From a virus (taxonomy: Duplodnaviria > Caudoviricetes), in the IMG/VR virus record IMGVR_UViG_3300036851_000237, positions 1 to 54,570 of that record: a stretch of DNA of 54,570 nt; one strand, given 5' to 3'. Positions 45,968 through 54,570 of this stretch are shown piece by piece (positions within the stretch are counted from its first letter, which is position 1; each line of letters opens with the position of its first letter). The notes under the pieces were generated by a model. The model was given only the letters and a program-made list of their open reading frames with translations. It made no database searches and was not told where the DNA came from. The position numbers were made by a program, and so were the translations under genes.

Positions 45968-46288
45968 TCAAGCAACTTTGTTGATATTGAGGGCCTTGGC
46001 CATCATCCGAAACAGCTCCAGAAACTCATGGCGCTTTTCAGGGGGAAGCTGATGAAACGTAGCAATTAATTCTTCTTCGCTCGGGTCCAGCGGATCGCGC
46101 GTTATCAAATCGCTGGGCTGGCACGCTAATTCAACCGCGAGTTTTTCGAGGTTGTCCTGGGTATAGGCAATTGTTCCGCTTTCCAGCTTCGACAGGTTGG
46201 CCGAGTGCATGCCGATTCGGCCGGCAAGTTGCTCTTGGGTCAAGCCCCGGTGCTTGCGCCACTGGCGGATGCGATTGGTTCTGCGCAT
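45968..46288 (-). CDS. cI: CI-like immunity repressor (XRE HTH, no peptidase domain)
   Basis: IRQWRKHRGLTQEQLAGRIGMHSANLSKLESG; divergent from cro. Confidence 0.8.
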   Translation of the reverse strand: MRRTNRIRQWRKHRGLTQEQLAGRIGMHSANLSKLESGTIAYTQDNLEKLAVELACQPSDLITRDPLDPSEEELIATFHQLPPEKRHEFLELFRMMAKALNINKVA

Positions 46289-46320
46289 AGCGCCTTCTCC
46301 TTGTTATGAGAAATTTGAGT

Positions 46321-46375
46321 CCCACGCACTGTAAGCAGGTTGTCCTTGACTTGCAATCTGCTTTTTAAGCAGATT
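46321..46375. promoter_or_regulatory. OR-like operators and rightward promoter
   Basis: AATCTGC-TTTTTAA-GCAGATT (46355-46375); partial site 46321-46341; TTGACT at 46346. Confidence 0.7.
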
Positions 46376-46382
46376 TACGCCG

Positions 46383-46601
46383 ATGATGCTAGCTGAATGG
46401 CTGAAACAAAAAGGGCTATCGGATGACGCTTTCGGGGCGCTGATCGGCGTCACCGGGGCGAACGTCTGGAAGCTGAAAAAGGGCAACCACCGCCCAAATT
46501 GGACGGTCATGTCAGCCATCATCCGCGTGACGAACGGTGCCGTGCTCCCGAACGACTGGATGAAACCAGAGGATCACATGGCAATCGAGGTGACGTCATG
46601 A
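46383..46601 (+). CDS. cro: Cro-like HTH protein
   Basis: LAEWLKQKGLS...IGVT...TNGAVLPND. Confidence 0.8.
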   Translation: MMLAEWLKQKGLSDDAFGALIGVTGANVWKLKKGNHRPNWTVMSAIIRVTNGAVLPNDWMKPEDHMAIEVTS

Positions 46602-46786
46602 GCAAGCACAAGTTTCGCAAGAGCGCCCCGCTGGGCTTTCGCCGCTTCGGTCGCGTGCGCGTGGCCGCCACGTTCAGCGCCGAGGAATTTGAACTGCTGC
46701 GCACCGCCGCCCAAAAGGCCGACGTGTCGCTGTCCGAGATGGTCCGCCGCGCGGTGGTGGCCCACCTGGGGGGACAGACGGAATGA
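46598..46786 (+). CDS. Ribbon-helix-helix protein
   Basis: VRVAATFSAEEFELL...VSLSEMVRRAV. Confidence 0.7.
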   Translation: MSKHKFRKSAPLGFRRFGRVRVAATFSAEEFELLRTAAQKADVSLSEMVRRAVVAHLGGQTE

Positions 46787-47004
46787 CCTGCCGCGTGATC
46801 ATGCACCCGAAGCTGATGCAGGGGCCGCCGCCGGCTCGACCGAAGCGGCGCCCGCCGGGGATCGTCAGCGACGTCGTGAGCTGCGCGCTGGGTGTGGTCG
46901 CCGCGGTTCTGCTGGGGACCGTGTTTTTCGCCTTCGCCTTCATCGCGCTCGGCGTGATCGTCACCGTGCGCACAATCGATAAAATAACGGGGGGCTCGCC
47001 ATGA
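46783..47004 (+). CDS. Small membrane protein
   Basis: Long hydrophobic segment. Confidence 0.55.
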   Translation: MTCRVIMHPKLMQGPPPARPKRRPPGIVSDVVSCALGVVAAVLLGTVFFAFAFIALGVIVTVRTIDKITGGSP

Positions 47005-47354
47005 ATCACATCGAAATTCCGAAAGCGGCTTGGCCCGAGAAATTCGGCCCGCTGGTCGCGCTAATTCCACCCCTGGTCATCGATCCTCTCCCCGACGCGG
47101 AACTCCTCTCCCGCCGCGTCGTACTCACGGCCGGCGCGCTCGCGGAGCGTGCCGGCCGCTTTGTCGGCATGATCTAACCAGCACCCGAGGTTGATAATGC
47201 GGGGGTGTCACTATGTTAATTTTTTTGGCCGGCGCCGTTATCGGGTCATGCGTCACGTTGCTGGTCGTGCTGATGCTGAATTTTTTTCGAGCCCGTAAAC
47301 GCGCGCGCTAAAGCGCGCAACCGATAACCCCACATCAGAAGAAAGGAAAAACCC

Positions 47355-47702
47355 ATGACGGGAGTAGCACGTCCTTTTGCCGAGTTTCTGCGCGAGCAAC
47401 GACGCGGCGAGTTGCTGAATGATCTGACCGAAGCACTACACGAAGCGGTGACGGCGGTTGGCGAGCATCAGCTCGCGGCCGAGGTCACGCTCAAGATCAA
47501 GATCAAGCCGGCCGGCGAGCTGGGCGGCGCCGTCCAGGTGCAGGACGAGATCGCCACCAAGCTGCCCAAGCCGAAAACGGCGCCCTCGGTCTTCTTCATC
47601 ACGCCGGACAACAATCTGTCCAAGAACGACCCCCATCAAACCAAGCTGGAGCTGCGCGACGTGGCAACCGGCGAAACGCGCGATCTGCGCCAAGCGGAGT
47701 AA
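47355..47702 (+). CDS. Phage protein that usually precedes DUF2303
   Basis: EVTLKIKIKP...FFITPDNNLSKNDPHQ. Confidence 0.8.
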   Translation: MTGVARPFAEFLREQRRGELLNDLTEALHEAVTAVGEHQLAAEVTLKIKIKPAGELGGAVQVQDEIATKLPKPKTAPSVFFITPDNNLSKNDPHQTKLELRDVATGETRDLRQAE

Positions 47703-47708
47703 GAACCC

Positions 47709-48548
47709 ATGTACGAAAACGCCGATATGAAAGCCGTCATCGACACCGCGCAGCGCGCTGTCGAGCCGCAAATCATCGATCCCGGCTCCCTCGTTTTTTC
47801 CATGCCGCCGGGCGCCGAGCAGGCACAGATTCTCGACACCGAGAAATTCTTGCCCGCGCCCAATCGCAAGCGTGGCGCGGTCGAGCTGTTCACCGCACAG
47901 AGCTTTCTTGACTACGTGATCGACCATCGCACGGCTGGCTCGCGCATCTTTGCCGATGCCGATTGGCGCCAGCCGTCGATCACCGCCGTTATGAACGGCC
48001 ACGAGGCGGACGGCGGCGTAGCCGGCTGGCACGACCACAAGGCCAAGCTCGTGTTCCGTCCGACGCCGGAATGGCAGAACTGGACGCGGCTCAACAATCA
48101 GCAGATGACTCAGATCGCGTTCGCGGAGTTCATCGAGGACAATCTCAAGGACATCCACGCGCCGGCCGGCGCCGACATGCTGGAGATCGCGCAGACTCTC
48201 AACGCCAAGCGTGACGTCACCTTCCGCTCGGGCACCAAGATCGCCAACGGTGAAACGCTGATCGAATACAACGAGGTCATCAACGGCACCGCCGGCCGCG
48301 GCGGCAACTTCAAGATTCCCGACCATATGGTGCTGGGCATCCAGCCATTCGAGGGGACCGATGCTTACCGGGTCATCGCGCGTTTTCGCTATCGCATCGA
48401 CAGCGAAACCAAGTCGCTCAAGGTCTGGTTCACGCTGGAGCGCTTGCCTGACATCATCGCGGCGGTGATCAAGGACGCGCTCGACTTGATCATCAAGACG
48501 GCGGGCGTGCCCGTGCTCTACGGCAAGCCCCCGGTGCTGCCGTCGTGA
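47709..48548 (+). CDS. DUF2303 (YfdQ-like) protein
   Basis: QIAFAEFIEDN, IQPFEG, ARFRYR. Confidence 0.85.
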   Translation: MYENADMKAVIDTAQRAVEPQIIDPGSLVFSMPPGAEQAQILDTEKFLPAPNRKRGAVELFTAQSFLDYVIDHRTAGSRIFADADWRQPSITAVMNGHEADGGVAGWHDHKAKLVFRPTPEWQNWTRLNNQQMTQIAFAEFIEDNLKDIHAPAGADMLEIAQTLNAKRDVTFRSGTKIANGETLIEYNEVINGTAGRGGNFKIPDHMVLGIQPFEGTDAYRVIARFRYRIDSETKSLKVWFTLERLPDIIAAVIKDALDLIIKTAGVPVLYGKPPVLPS

Positions 48549-49084
48549 CCAAGGCCGCCGAAAACCTCCCCCGGCCCGATCTTTTCGGGTCGTGGGGCCG
48601 GGCCTGGGAACAGGACATCCCAGCGATGCGGATCAATCAAAAGGTCGCCGCCGAGGCCGATCCCTCGGTCGGCGGCTGGGTGATCGAAGCACCGTGGGCG
48701 CATCCGGCATGGCATTCGTATCTGCTGGCGCTGATTCATCTGCGCCCGCTCGCCGGCTTCGATCCGCCGATTATGTACCTGCAGGGCGCCACGCACGAAT
48801 TTATCCTGTACGCGCTCGACCCCGATCATCCGCGCAGCGTCGATCAGCAATGCCATCTGCTGACGCCCGCGAATTTCGCGGCGCAGATCATCTGCGAAAA
48901 CGACACCGCGGCGCGCGACCGAATCAAAGCGGCGATCCAAGAAATCTGCGATGGCAAGCTGAGCCCGGACACCGATTACATGCGGCTCTGGGTGCAGCGC
49001 TTCGGCGGCAACATGCTGAAAAAATATCCCAGCGACTTCATGCTTCATCTGATCGACCTCGACGGTGCCAAGCGCGTGCATTGA
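48545..49084 (+). CDS. Hypothetical protein
   Basis: APWAHPAWHSY...HLRP...ATHE...LSPDTD. Confidence 0.65.
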   Translation: MTKAAENLPRPDLFGSWGRAWEQDIPAMRINQKVAAEADPSVGGWVIEAPWAHPAWHSYLLALIHLRPLAGFDPPIMYLQGATHEFILYALDPDHPRSVDQQCHLLTPANFAAQIICENDTAARDRIKAAIQEICDGKLSPDTDYMRLWVQRFGGNMLKKYPSDFMLHLIDLDGAKRVH

Positions 49085-49386
49085 TGACGGACCTGTTCAC
49101 GTACCGCGATGAATACCCCAACAGCCCCGGCTATAAGCGTCCGGGGACCAGCCGAGAGGCAGCAGAGGCGATCAAGCCGCGCGCCGCTATCCTGCGAGAG
49201 CGTTCGCTGGCGGCGCTGAAACACCGGCCGATGACAGCGGATGAAGTTGCCGCGCATTTGGGTGAGTCCGTGCTGTCGATCCGCCCGCGCATCACCGAGC
49301 TGCATGAGCTGGGCTTGATCGAACAGACCGGCGAGCGCCGCCGCAATGCCTCGGGCCGCATGGCGGCGGTCTGGCGGCTCAAATGA
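49084..49386 (+). CDS. Winged-helix DNA-binding protein
   Basis: TSREAA...TADEVA...SIRPRITEL...TGERRRNASG. Confidence 0.75.
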   Translation: MTDLFTYRDEYPNSPGYKRPGTSREAAEAIKPRAAILRERSLAALKHRPMTADEVAAHLGESVLSIRPRITELHELGLIEQTGERRRNASGRMAAVWRLK

Positions 49387-50567
49387 CCATCAGCATCCAT
49401 CACGGTGATTGCTTGGAGCTGCTGCCGAAGCTGCCGGAAAACAGCATCGACGCTTGCGTGACCGATCCGCCCTATCATCTGGTCAGCATCCACAAGCGGT
49501 TTTCGAAAAGCGGCGGCGCGGATCGCCAGCCCGGCACCGATCAATACGACCGTCTCTCGCGCGGTTTCATGGGCAAAGCGTGGGATGGCGGCGACGTCGC
49601 GTTCCGGGTCGAAACCTGGGAAGCGGTGTTTCGTGTGCTCAAGCCCGGCGCGCACCTGATCGCGTTCGGCGGCACGCGCACCTATCACCGTATGGTCTGC
49701 GCCATCGAAGACGCCGGCTTTGAAATCCGCGATCAGATCGGCTGGCTGTACGGGTCTGGCTTCCCGAAGAGTCACAGCGTCGAAAAGAAACTGGACACGC
49801 GCAGCGACGAAGAAATCGAGGCGGGCGATCCGCAAGCACCCGATGCGATGCGGTGGCAGGGCTGGGGCACGGCGCTCAAGCCGGCCTGGGAGCCCGTAGT
49901 GCTCGCGCGCAAGCCGCTGATCGGCCGCGTCGTCGATAATGTGCTGGCGCACGGGACCGGGGCGCTCAATATCGATGCGTGCCGTCTGGAGCCGGCCGAT
50001 GGTGATTACAACTATGCCCCTGGCGAGCACGGCATCGAGGGGCGCACGCGGCAATCCTGGTTTGCGCTGTCCGCAGGCAAGCGCCATGAAGATGGTCGCT
50101 GGCCCGCGAACGTGATCCACGACGGGAGCGCTGAGGTCATCGCCGCCTTCCCTGATACGCCGGGGCAGCAGCGCGATGTCACCGGCAAAGAGCAATCGCA
50201 CGTCACCAAGAACACCTACGGGCATTTCGAGCGCGGCGGTGACGGCATGGAAGCCCGCGGCGATCTCGGCTCTGCGGCGCGATTTTTCTATCAGGCGAAA
50301 GCTGACAAGGGCGACCGCCTCGCCTCGAAACATCCGACCGTGAAGCCGGTCGATCTCATCGCCTATCTGTGCCGCATGGTGACGCCGCCGGGCGGTGTGA
50401 TCCTCGATCCGTTTGCGGGCTCGGGCACGACCGGCATGGCGTGCCTACGCGAAGGCTTTCACGCGATCCTGATGGAACGCGAGGCCGAATACGTCGCCGA
50501 CATCAAGCGCCGCATCGCGCATGTTCATGGCGAGGATACGCCGCTGTTCGGTGGGGCCGCGCCATGA
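49383..50567 (+). CDS. DNA amino-methyltransferase (N6A/N4C, beta class), orphan
   Basis: TDPPY near the N-terminus; HPTVKP...LDPFAGSGTTG near the C-terminus; no adjacent restriction endonuclease. Confidence 0.92.
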   Translation: MTISIHHGDCLELLPKLPENSIDACVTDPPYHLVSIHKRFSKSGGADRQPGTDQYDRLSRGFMGKAWDGGDVAFRVETWEAVFRVLKPGAHLIAFGGTRTYHRMVCAIEDAGFEIRDQIGWLYGSGFPKSHSVEKKLDTRSDEEIEAGDPQAPDAMRWQGWGTALKPAWEPVVLARKPLIGRVVDNVLAHGTGALNIDACRLEPADGDYNYAPGEHGIEGRTRQSWFALSAGKRHEDGRWPANVIHDGSAEVIAAFPDTPGQQRDVTGKEQSHVTKNTYGHFERGGDGMEARGDLGSAARFFYQAKADKGDRLASKHPTVKPVDLIAYLCRMVTPPGGVILDPFAGSGTTGMACLREGFHAILMEREAEYVADIKRRIAHVHGEDTPLFGGAAP

Positions 50568-50902
50568 GGCTCGTCATTCTCGAATCTCCCTACGCCGCGC
50601 CGACACCCGAAGGCATCGCCGAGAACATCGCTTATGCACGGGCGTGCGTGCGCGATTGTCTCGGGCGATTTGAAAGCGCAATCGCCTCACATCTGCTCTA
50701 CACCCAGGACGGTATCTTGCGCGATGAGATCGCCGCCGAGCGCGCGCTCGGCATCAAAGCCGGCCATGCGTGGATCGCCGCTGCCGCCGCCGTCGTGGTC
50801 TACATGGACCGCGGCATCAGCAGCGGTATGGCAAAGGGGATCGAGCGCGCCAACGCGCTCGGCGTGCCTGTCGAAATCCGCTCACTGCGGGAGGGGTGCT
50901 GA
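50564..50902 (+). CDS. Phage protein, nucleoside deoxyribosyltransferase-like fold
   Basis: VILESPYA...NIAYARAC...ASHLLYTQ...GISSGM. Confidence 0.7.
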   Translation: MRLVILESPYAAPTPEGIAENIAYARACVRDCLGRFESAIASHLLYTQDGILRDEIAAERALGIKAGHAWIAAAAAVVVYMDRGISSGMAKGIERANALGVPVEIRSLREGC

Positions 50903-51705
50903 TGGCTGAGTGGATGGCCTTCAATCCCGCCGACTACGTGACGAACACGCTACACCTCACCACGCGGCAGCATGGTGGGTACATTCTGCTGATTTGCGCG
51001 GCTTGGGCCGGTAAGGGTGTGCTGCCGGGCACCGATGCGGGGCTGATGGCCATCGCCAAGCTAAGCGCTAAGGAGTGGCGCGAGGATGGCGAAGCGCTCA
51101 AGTCCTTCCTCACGCGCCGGGGCGATGTGTGGGTGCATGAGCGGGTTGAGTTCGAATGGAAAGACGCCCAGTCGTTGATAGCCGCCAAGAGTAAGGCAGG
51201 ACGAGAGGGTGCGCGAAAGCGCTGGCAAGGGCGTGCCAATGACAAACCGATGGCAGTGCCATCGCAGACCCAAAGGCAAACTGATGCACCTACACCTACA
51301 CCTGTACCGAGTCCTGTAGTGAAGGGTCTATCTGCATCCCATACCGTTCTTGAATCTGAGAAACCGGCTGTGGAAAATTTAGAATTGAATGGTCAGAGGC
51401 GGATAGAGCCTCGGCACGGTGGGCTCATCGATTACCGTAACCCCAAGAATCGCAACGCCTTTGCCGACAACAAGGTGGTTGAAGTCTTGTCGCAGCGGAC
51501 CAATAACGCCGATGCTTGGATGACGGTTTTCGCGGCGCGCGATCCCAAAGCACTCGGTCACGAAAAAGCCCGCATTGAATGCGAGAGCATCGCGCGTACG
51601 CTTGGTGTGCGCTGGGAGGCCGAGACAAAACGAGATGCGGATCAAGCTCAAGCCCTGGATGGTGCCGCAGCGCCCGCAAAGCGCCCAGCTGGCGTTTCTA
51701 CTTAA
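50902..51705 (+). CDS. DUF1376 (YdaU-like) replication initiator
   Basis: WMAFNPADY..NTLHLT...HGGYILL...KAGREGARKRW; PTPTP linker. Confidence 0.8.
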   Translation: MAEWMAFNPADYVTNTLHLTTRQHGGYILLICAAWAGKGVLPGTDAGLMAIAKLSAKEWREDGEALKSFLTRRGDVWVHERVEFEWKDAQSLIAAKSKAGREGARKRWQGRANDKPMAVPSQTQRQTDAPTPTPVPSPVVKGLSASHTVLESEKPAVENLELNGQRRIEPRHGGLIDYRNPKNRNAFADNKVVEVLSQRTNNADAWMTVFAARDPKALGHEKARIECESIARTLGVRWEAETKRDADQAQALDGAAAPAKRPAGVST

Positions 51706-52111
51706 TCGGCTGCGCGCGGCCGAGGGCGGGCTTGTCACGCATGCGGAACTAATCCAGGCGGTTTGGGGCAATGCCAGCGATGGAGGGCCAGAACACATTC
51801 GGACCTGCCTGCGCTTGCTGGTGAGGAAATTGCGCAGGATGGGGTTTCCGATTATAAGCGTCACGCACAGGGGATATTATTTCGCCCCGTCCTACATCGA
51901 TGTCGAAACCCGAGAAAGGGAGCTGCAATATGGTCGAACAAGCGACACCAGCCGACGCCCAGACCGAACAACCGGCCGCGAGCGAGCCCGCGCCGACGCC
52001 GGAAGCGACTCACCAGATCGTCAGCAACGTGCGCGTCAAGGTGGTCAACCGCATCGCCGAAAAGATGCGCGTGGCCTTCGGCAATCAGGCACAGCGCATT
52101 GCCGAGCTTGA
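51635..52111 (+). CDS. Stand-alone OmpR/PhoB-type winged-helix DNA-binding domain
   Basis: LVTHAELIQAVWG...LVRKLR...ISVTHRGY; no receiver domain. Confidence 0.65.
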   Translation: MRIKLKPWMVPQRPQSAQLAFLLNRLRAAEGGLVTHAELIQAVWGNASDGGPEHIRTCLRLLVRKLRRMGFPIISVTHRGYYFAPSYIDVETRERELQYGRTSDTSRRPDRTTGRERARADAGSDSPDRQQRARQGGQPHRRKDARGLRQSGTAHCRA

Positions 52112-52202
52112 AGCCATCACGGAATGGCAGAACGACAAGATCAACGAGCTGATCAAGCAGAACGCGCAGCTCCGCGCCGCGGCGAAGCAACCCGCGGCGT
52201 AA
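51930..52202 (+). CDS. Hypothetical coiled-coil protein
   Basis: AGGGAG RBS; overlaps the upstream ORF tail. Confidence 0.55.
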   Translation: MVEQATPADAQTEQPAASEPAPTPEATHQIVSNVRVKVVNRIAEKMRVAFGNQAQRIAELEAITEWQNDKINELIKQNAQLRAAAKQPAA

Positions 52203-52387
52203 GCCGAAACTCGAATCTCCAAATTTTTTGGGATCGGCGAGGGTCCAAATTAGGCCCCGCCGATCTCCCCATCCCCAGGATCAGGCCGCTTTGCATCGTC
52301 CGCCGACCGCGCGGGCGCGATTATGTCGCACGCGAGTGAATGTCGCAGTGCGATATCGCGGCGCAATAAGCGCGCGCGGCCGCGTTT

Positions 52388-52615
52388 TTAGCGTTTTGGT
52401 TCAAGCATTTGCAATGCTTCACCAGCCCGCGCCCGTACACGTTGGCGCCATAGCAGCAATTCGACGGCGGCCCGCACCGGGCCGGGGATTGCGCGCGTGC
52501 CGCCGGCCCAATGCCGGACGGTGCGCGGCGCGCAATAGAGCGCACGGGCAAGCGCCGTCTGCCAGTCCTGCCCGTACAGCGTGACGCCAGCGGCGCGCAA
52601 GTCTGCGGGAGTCAT
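52388..52615 (-). CDS. Small HTH protein (Aca-like), last gene of the leftward operon
   Basis: MTPADLRAAG..LYG..WQTALARAL...PRTVRHWAGG..IPGPV. Confidence 0.75.
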   Translation of the reverse strand: MTPADLRAAGVTLYGQDWQTALARALYCAPRTVRHWAGGTRAIPGPVRAAVELLLWRQRVRARAGEALQMLEPKR

Positions 52616-52768
52616 AGCGGCAGGAACGGCGCCCGCCGTTGGCGCGATATCGCGGCGATTGTCGGCGCTAGGTTGCCCCGTGGCGCGGTGTTGGCGCCGG
52701 CCCATGCGGTTCCCCTCTCAGACGTTGGCACACAATCGAGGGGCCGGCGCCCGGCCCCTCTCAGTGGG

Positions 52769-53617
52769 TCAATTCGACAAGGTGCGCCCGTCAGCGCACT
52801 TTATCTCATAAGAGAATGGGAACTCCGACACCGCGTCTAGCAGCGCGGACAGAGTTTCACCAGCGAGCGGCTTGCGCCAGCCAAAGCAATGGCGCCCGGT
52901 GTGCTCATAGAAAAGCCAGTTATCGATAAGAGCCGGGAAGCGGTCAAGAATCCAAGTCGCCGCGCGCCGTTTCTCTTCTGCGCTCGCAATCGTCTTTTTG
53001 TAGTCGCTTTCCACGCGCGCGCGTGCGGCGGCAATGCGCGCCTTGCCGCGTTCCGTGACTCCGTGCAATTGCGCGTCACGATATAGCGGCAATAGGTGCG
53101 CGCGTTCCGGTTCCGTGAGTGGCGCGCGGTCGCGCGTATCATCGATTGGCAGCATGCGGGTAAGGTGAAGGTCGTTTTCCGCCAGATATTCCGAATCCAA
53201 GCAATGGGGGCAAAACACGTAACCCTTTTGCGCCGGTTCCTGCCGCCCGCAATAACCGCATTTCACGGTGTTGCGGCGTATCTCCCGCATTTCGGCGGTT
53301 TGCTCCAGCCAATGCCCGCGCTTAATCCCGCGCGGCGCACCAATGTTGGAAATGGCGTCAAGCGCCCAATCGAAAACGCGCAAGCCTTTTTCCGTGACAC
53401 CTGGAATCGGCGCGGTGTTCCATTGGTTGTCAAAAAGATGTTTCGTTTCTAACTCAATTTCGCGCCCGTCAACGTCGGGCATGTAGTGCGAACCGTTGCC
53501 GTGCGATTCAAAACAGCGCAAGCCTAGCGCGGTCAGCTTGTCGCGTAATTCGGCATATGCCGCCGCGCCGTCCTTAGTTCTGATATCGAAATTGTATGAG
53601 TGAATGACGGTTTTCAT
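52769..53617 (-). CDS. Hypothetical protein with zinc ribbon
   Basis: CGYCG...FCPHC; RBS present. Confidence 0.75.
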   Translation of the reverse strand: MKTVIHSYNFDIRTKDGAAAYAELRDKLTALGLRCFESHGNGSHYMPDVDGREIELETKHLFDNQWNTAPIPGVTEKGLRVFDWALDAISNIGAPRGIKRGHWLEQTAEMREIRRNTVKCGYCGRQEPAQKGYVFCPHCLDSEYLAENDLHLTRMLPIDDTRDRAPLTEPERAHLLPLYRDAQLHGVTERGKARIAAARARVESDYKKTIASAEEKRRAATWILDRFPALIDNWLFYEHTGRHCFGWRKPLAGETLSALLDAVSEFPFSYEIKCADGRTLSN

Positions 53618-53657
53618 GGTTTGGGTATCCCTTGGTTATGGTGAAAACGTAGCGGAG

Positions 53658-54254
53658 TTAGGCCGCGCGCGACAAGCCAGCGACTAGCGCATGATCAGGG
53701 TGGATATCCGCGCCGCGCCATAGCGCGCGTTCGCTCATGTCGATACTGGCCAGCACGCGCGCCGACTCAATGGGCGGCACCATGTCGGCATAGCGCGGCG
53801 ACAACAGCTTGACCATGCGGCCGGCCGCGTTGCGCCGCCAAACGTAGTCGACGTCTGGCTCGCGTTCTGGCGCGGGGTGCGCCGCATAATAGGCGTCAAT
53901 CAAATCAGACTGACCCGAGTCCCTAAGCCGCGCTATTTCCGCGCCATGAGTGGCAAGCCATCGCTGATAGGCCATGCCCGCCATGTCATGCGCGCGAAAC
54001 TGCCGCGCCAAATTGCTGGCGCGCGCGGTTGCAACGTCGTCGGCGCCGTTCTCGGGGATTGAGACTGTCAACGTGATGATATGCGAGTCAACGAACGTCA
54101 CAGAGACAGGCACCCATCGCGATTTGCCTTTGCGCGCTTTTGGCGCCTTGGGTTTCGGCATGAGCAAATCCACCAGCGCGCGCCAATCGTCGGCGCTATT
54201 GGTGGCAGCGGCGCCCGCATAGAGGGCATTGATTTTATCTTGCAACCTTGACAT
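53658..54254 (-). CDS. Hypothetical protein
   Basis: MSRLQDKINAL...; AGAGGAG RBS. Confidence 0.65.
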   Translation of the reverse strand: MSRLQDKINALYAGAAATNSADDWRALVDLLMPKPKAPKARKGKSRWVPVSVTFVDSHIITLTVSIPENGADDVATARASNLARQFRAHDMAGMAYQRWLATHGAEIARLRDSGQSDLIDAYYAAHPAPEREPDVDYVWRRNAAGRMVKLLSPRYADMVPPIESARVLASIDMSERALWRGADIHPDHALVAGLSRAA

Positions 54255-54333
54255 GGTAACCGACTCCTCTTTTCCATGGTGGATTTGTGGGGGTAGCGGC
54301 GCGCGTTGTCCTGGCCGATACGCGCGCCGTTTT

Positions 54334-54471
54334 TTATGCGATTCCCAAGCGCCGATTGATGCGCGCCCGTGTCTCGCGTTGTTTGAGATAGCGGCGCCAC
54401 GCCAGCATGGCGAACACCGCAACCTCTACAGTTTTGCCGACGATGTAGCCGGCGGTAATAATATCGATCAT
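54334..54471 (-). CDS. Small single-TM peptide
   Basis: MIDIITAGYIVGK...; ATGA overlap with the gene at 22-450 across the circular junction. Confidence 0.5.
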   Translation of the reverse strand: MIDIITAGYIVGKTVEVAVFAMLAWRRYLKQRETRARINRRLGIA

Positions 54472-54563
54472 GGCGCAACCCTCATTCTGATGGAATGAAC
54501 GCGCGCCATATGGCGCCGCGCTTCTGCGATTGCCTGCTGCACCATGTCGGGGAAGTAGTGGCA
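54447..54563. repeat. Terminal direct repeat, copy 2
   Basis: Identical to 1-117. Confidence 0.95.
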
Positions 54564-54570
54564 ATGCCAC

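Noticed and set aside
34048-46323. AATTTGAGTCCC at about 34048 and 46312 as a second operator family
   Set aside because: Only two copies with inconsistent symmetry; may be chance
49383-50567. Restriction-modification system
   Set aside because: No cognate endonuclease is adjacent; orphan methyltransferases are common in temperate phages
51288-51305. CACCTA tandem repeat as iterons
   Set aside because: Encodes the PTPTP linker usual in DUF1376 proteins; too short to call an origin on its own
1-54570. CRISPR array, diversity-generating retroelement, retron or stop-codon recoding
   Set aside because: No repeat-spacer array, reverse transcriptase or TR/VR pair was seen, and genes are intact in the standard code

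Overview
The window appears to be a complete temperate tailed phage (siphovirus-type) genome assembled as a circle. Bases 1-117 recur at 54447-54563, so the unit length is about 54,446 bp. It is GC-rich and the gene content points to an alphaproteobacterial host (inference). Layout: (1) a leftward operon of small unknown genes that crosses the assembly junction (2541 down to 22, then 54471 down to 52388) and ends in an Aca-like HTH gene; (2) a 0.9 kb largely non-coding region with three IHF-consensus sites; (3) a leftward accessory cluster with tRNA-Thr(UGU); (4) a packaging/head module (TerS-like, HNH, TerL, Mu-like portal, protease/scaffold, decoration protein, major capsid); (5) a 972-aa GT4-methyltransferase-GT2 fusion between the capsid and neck genes; (6) a tail module (tube, -1 frameshifted chaperone, tape measure, GTA-like Dit/hub/NlpC/tip, fibres); (7) lysis genes; (8) a rightward accessory operon; (9) attP-integrase-excisionase; (10) RecE/RecT-like recombination genes; (11) a cI/cro switch with identifiable operators; (12) a DNA methyltransferase and a DUF1376 replication initiator. 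The strongest candidate for an undescribed system is the single-polypeptide glycosylation and methylation enzyme in the morphogenesis operon, together with Ser-Gly enrichment in surface-exposed virion proteins (candidate virion glycan shield). Family calls come from motif recognition by eye, not database searches. Several starts were moved from the ORF track to starts supported by an RBS or gene overlap.
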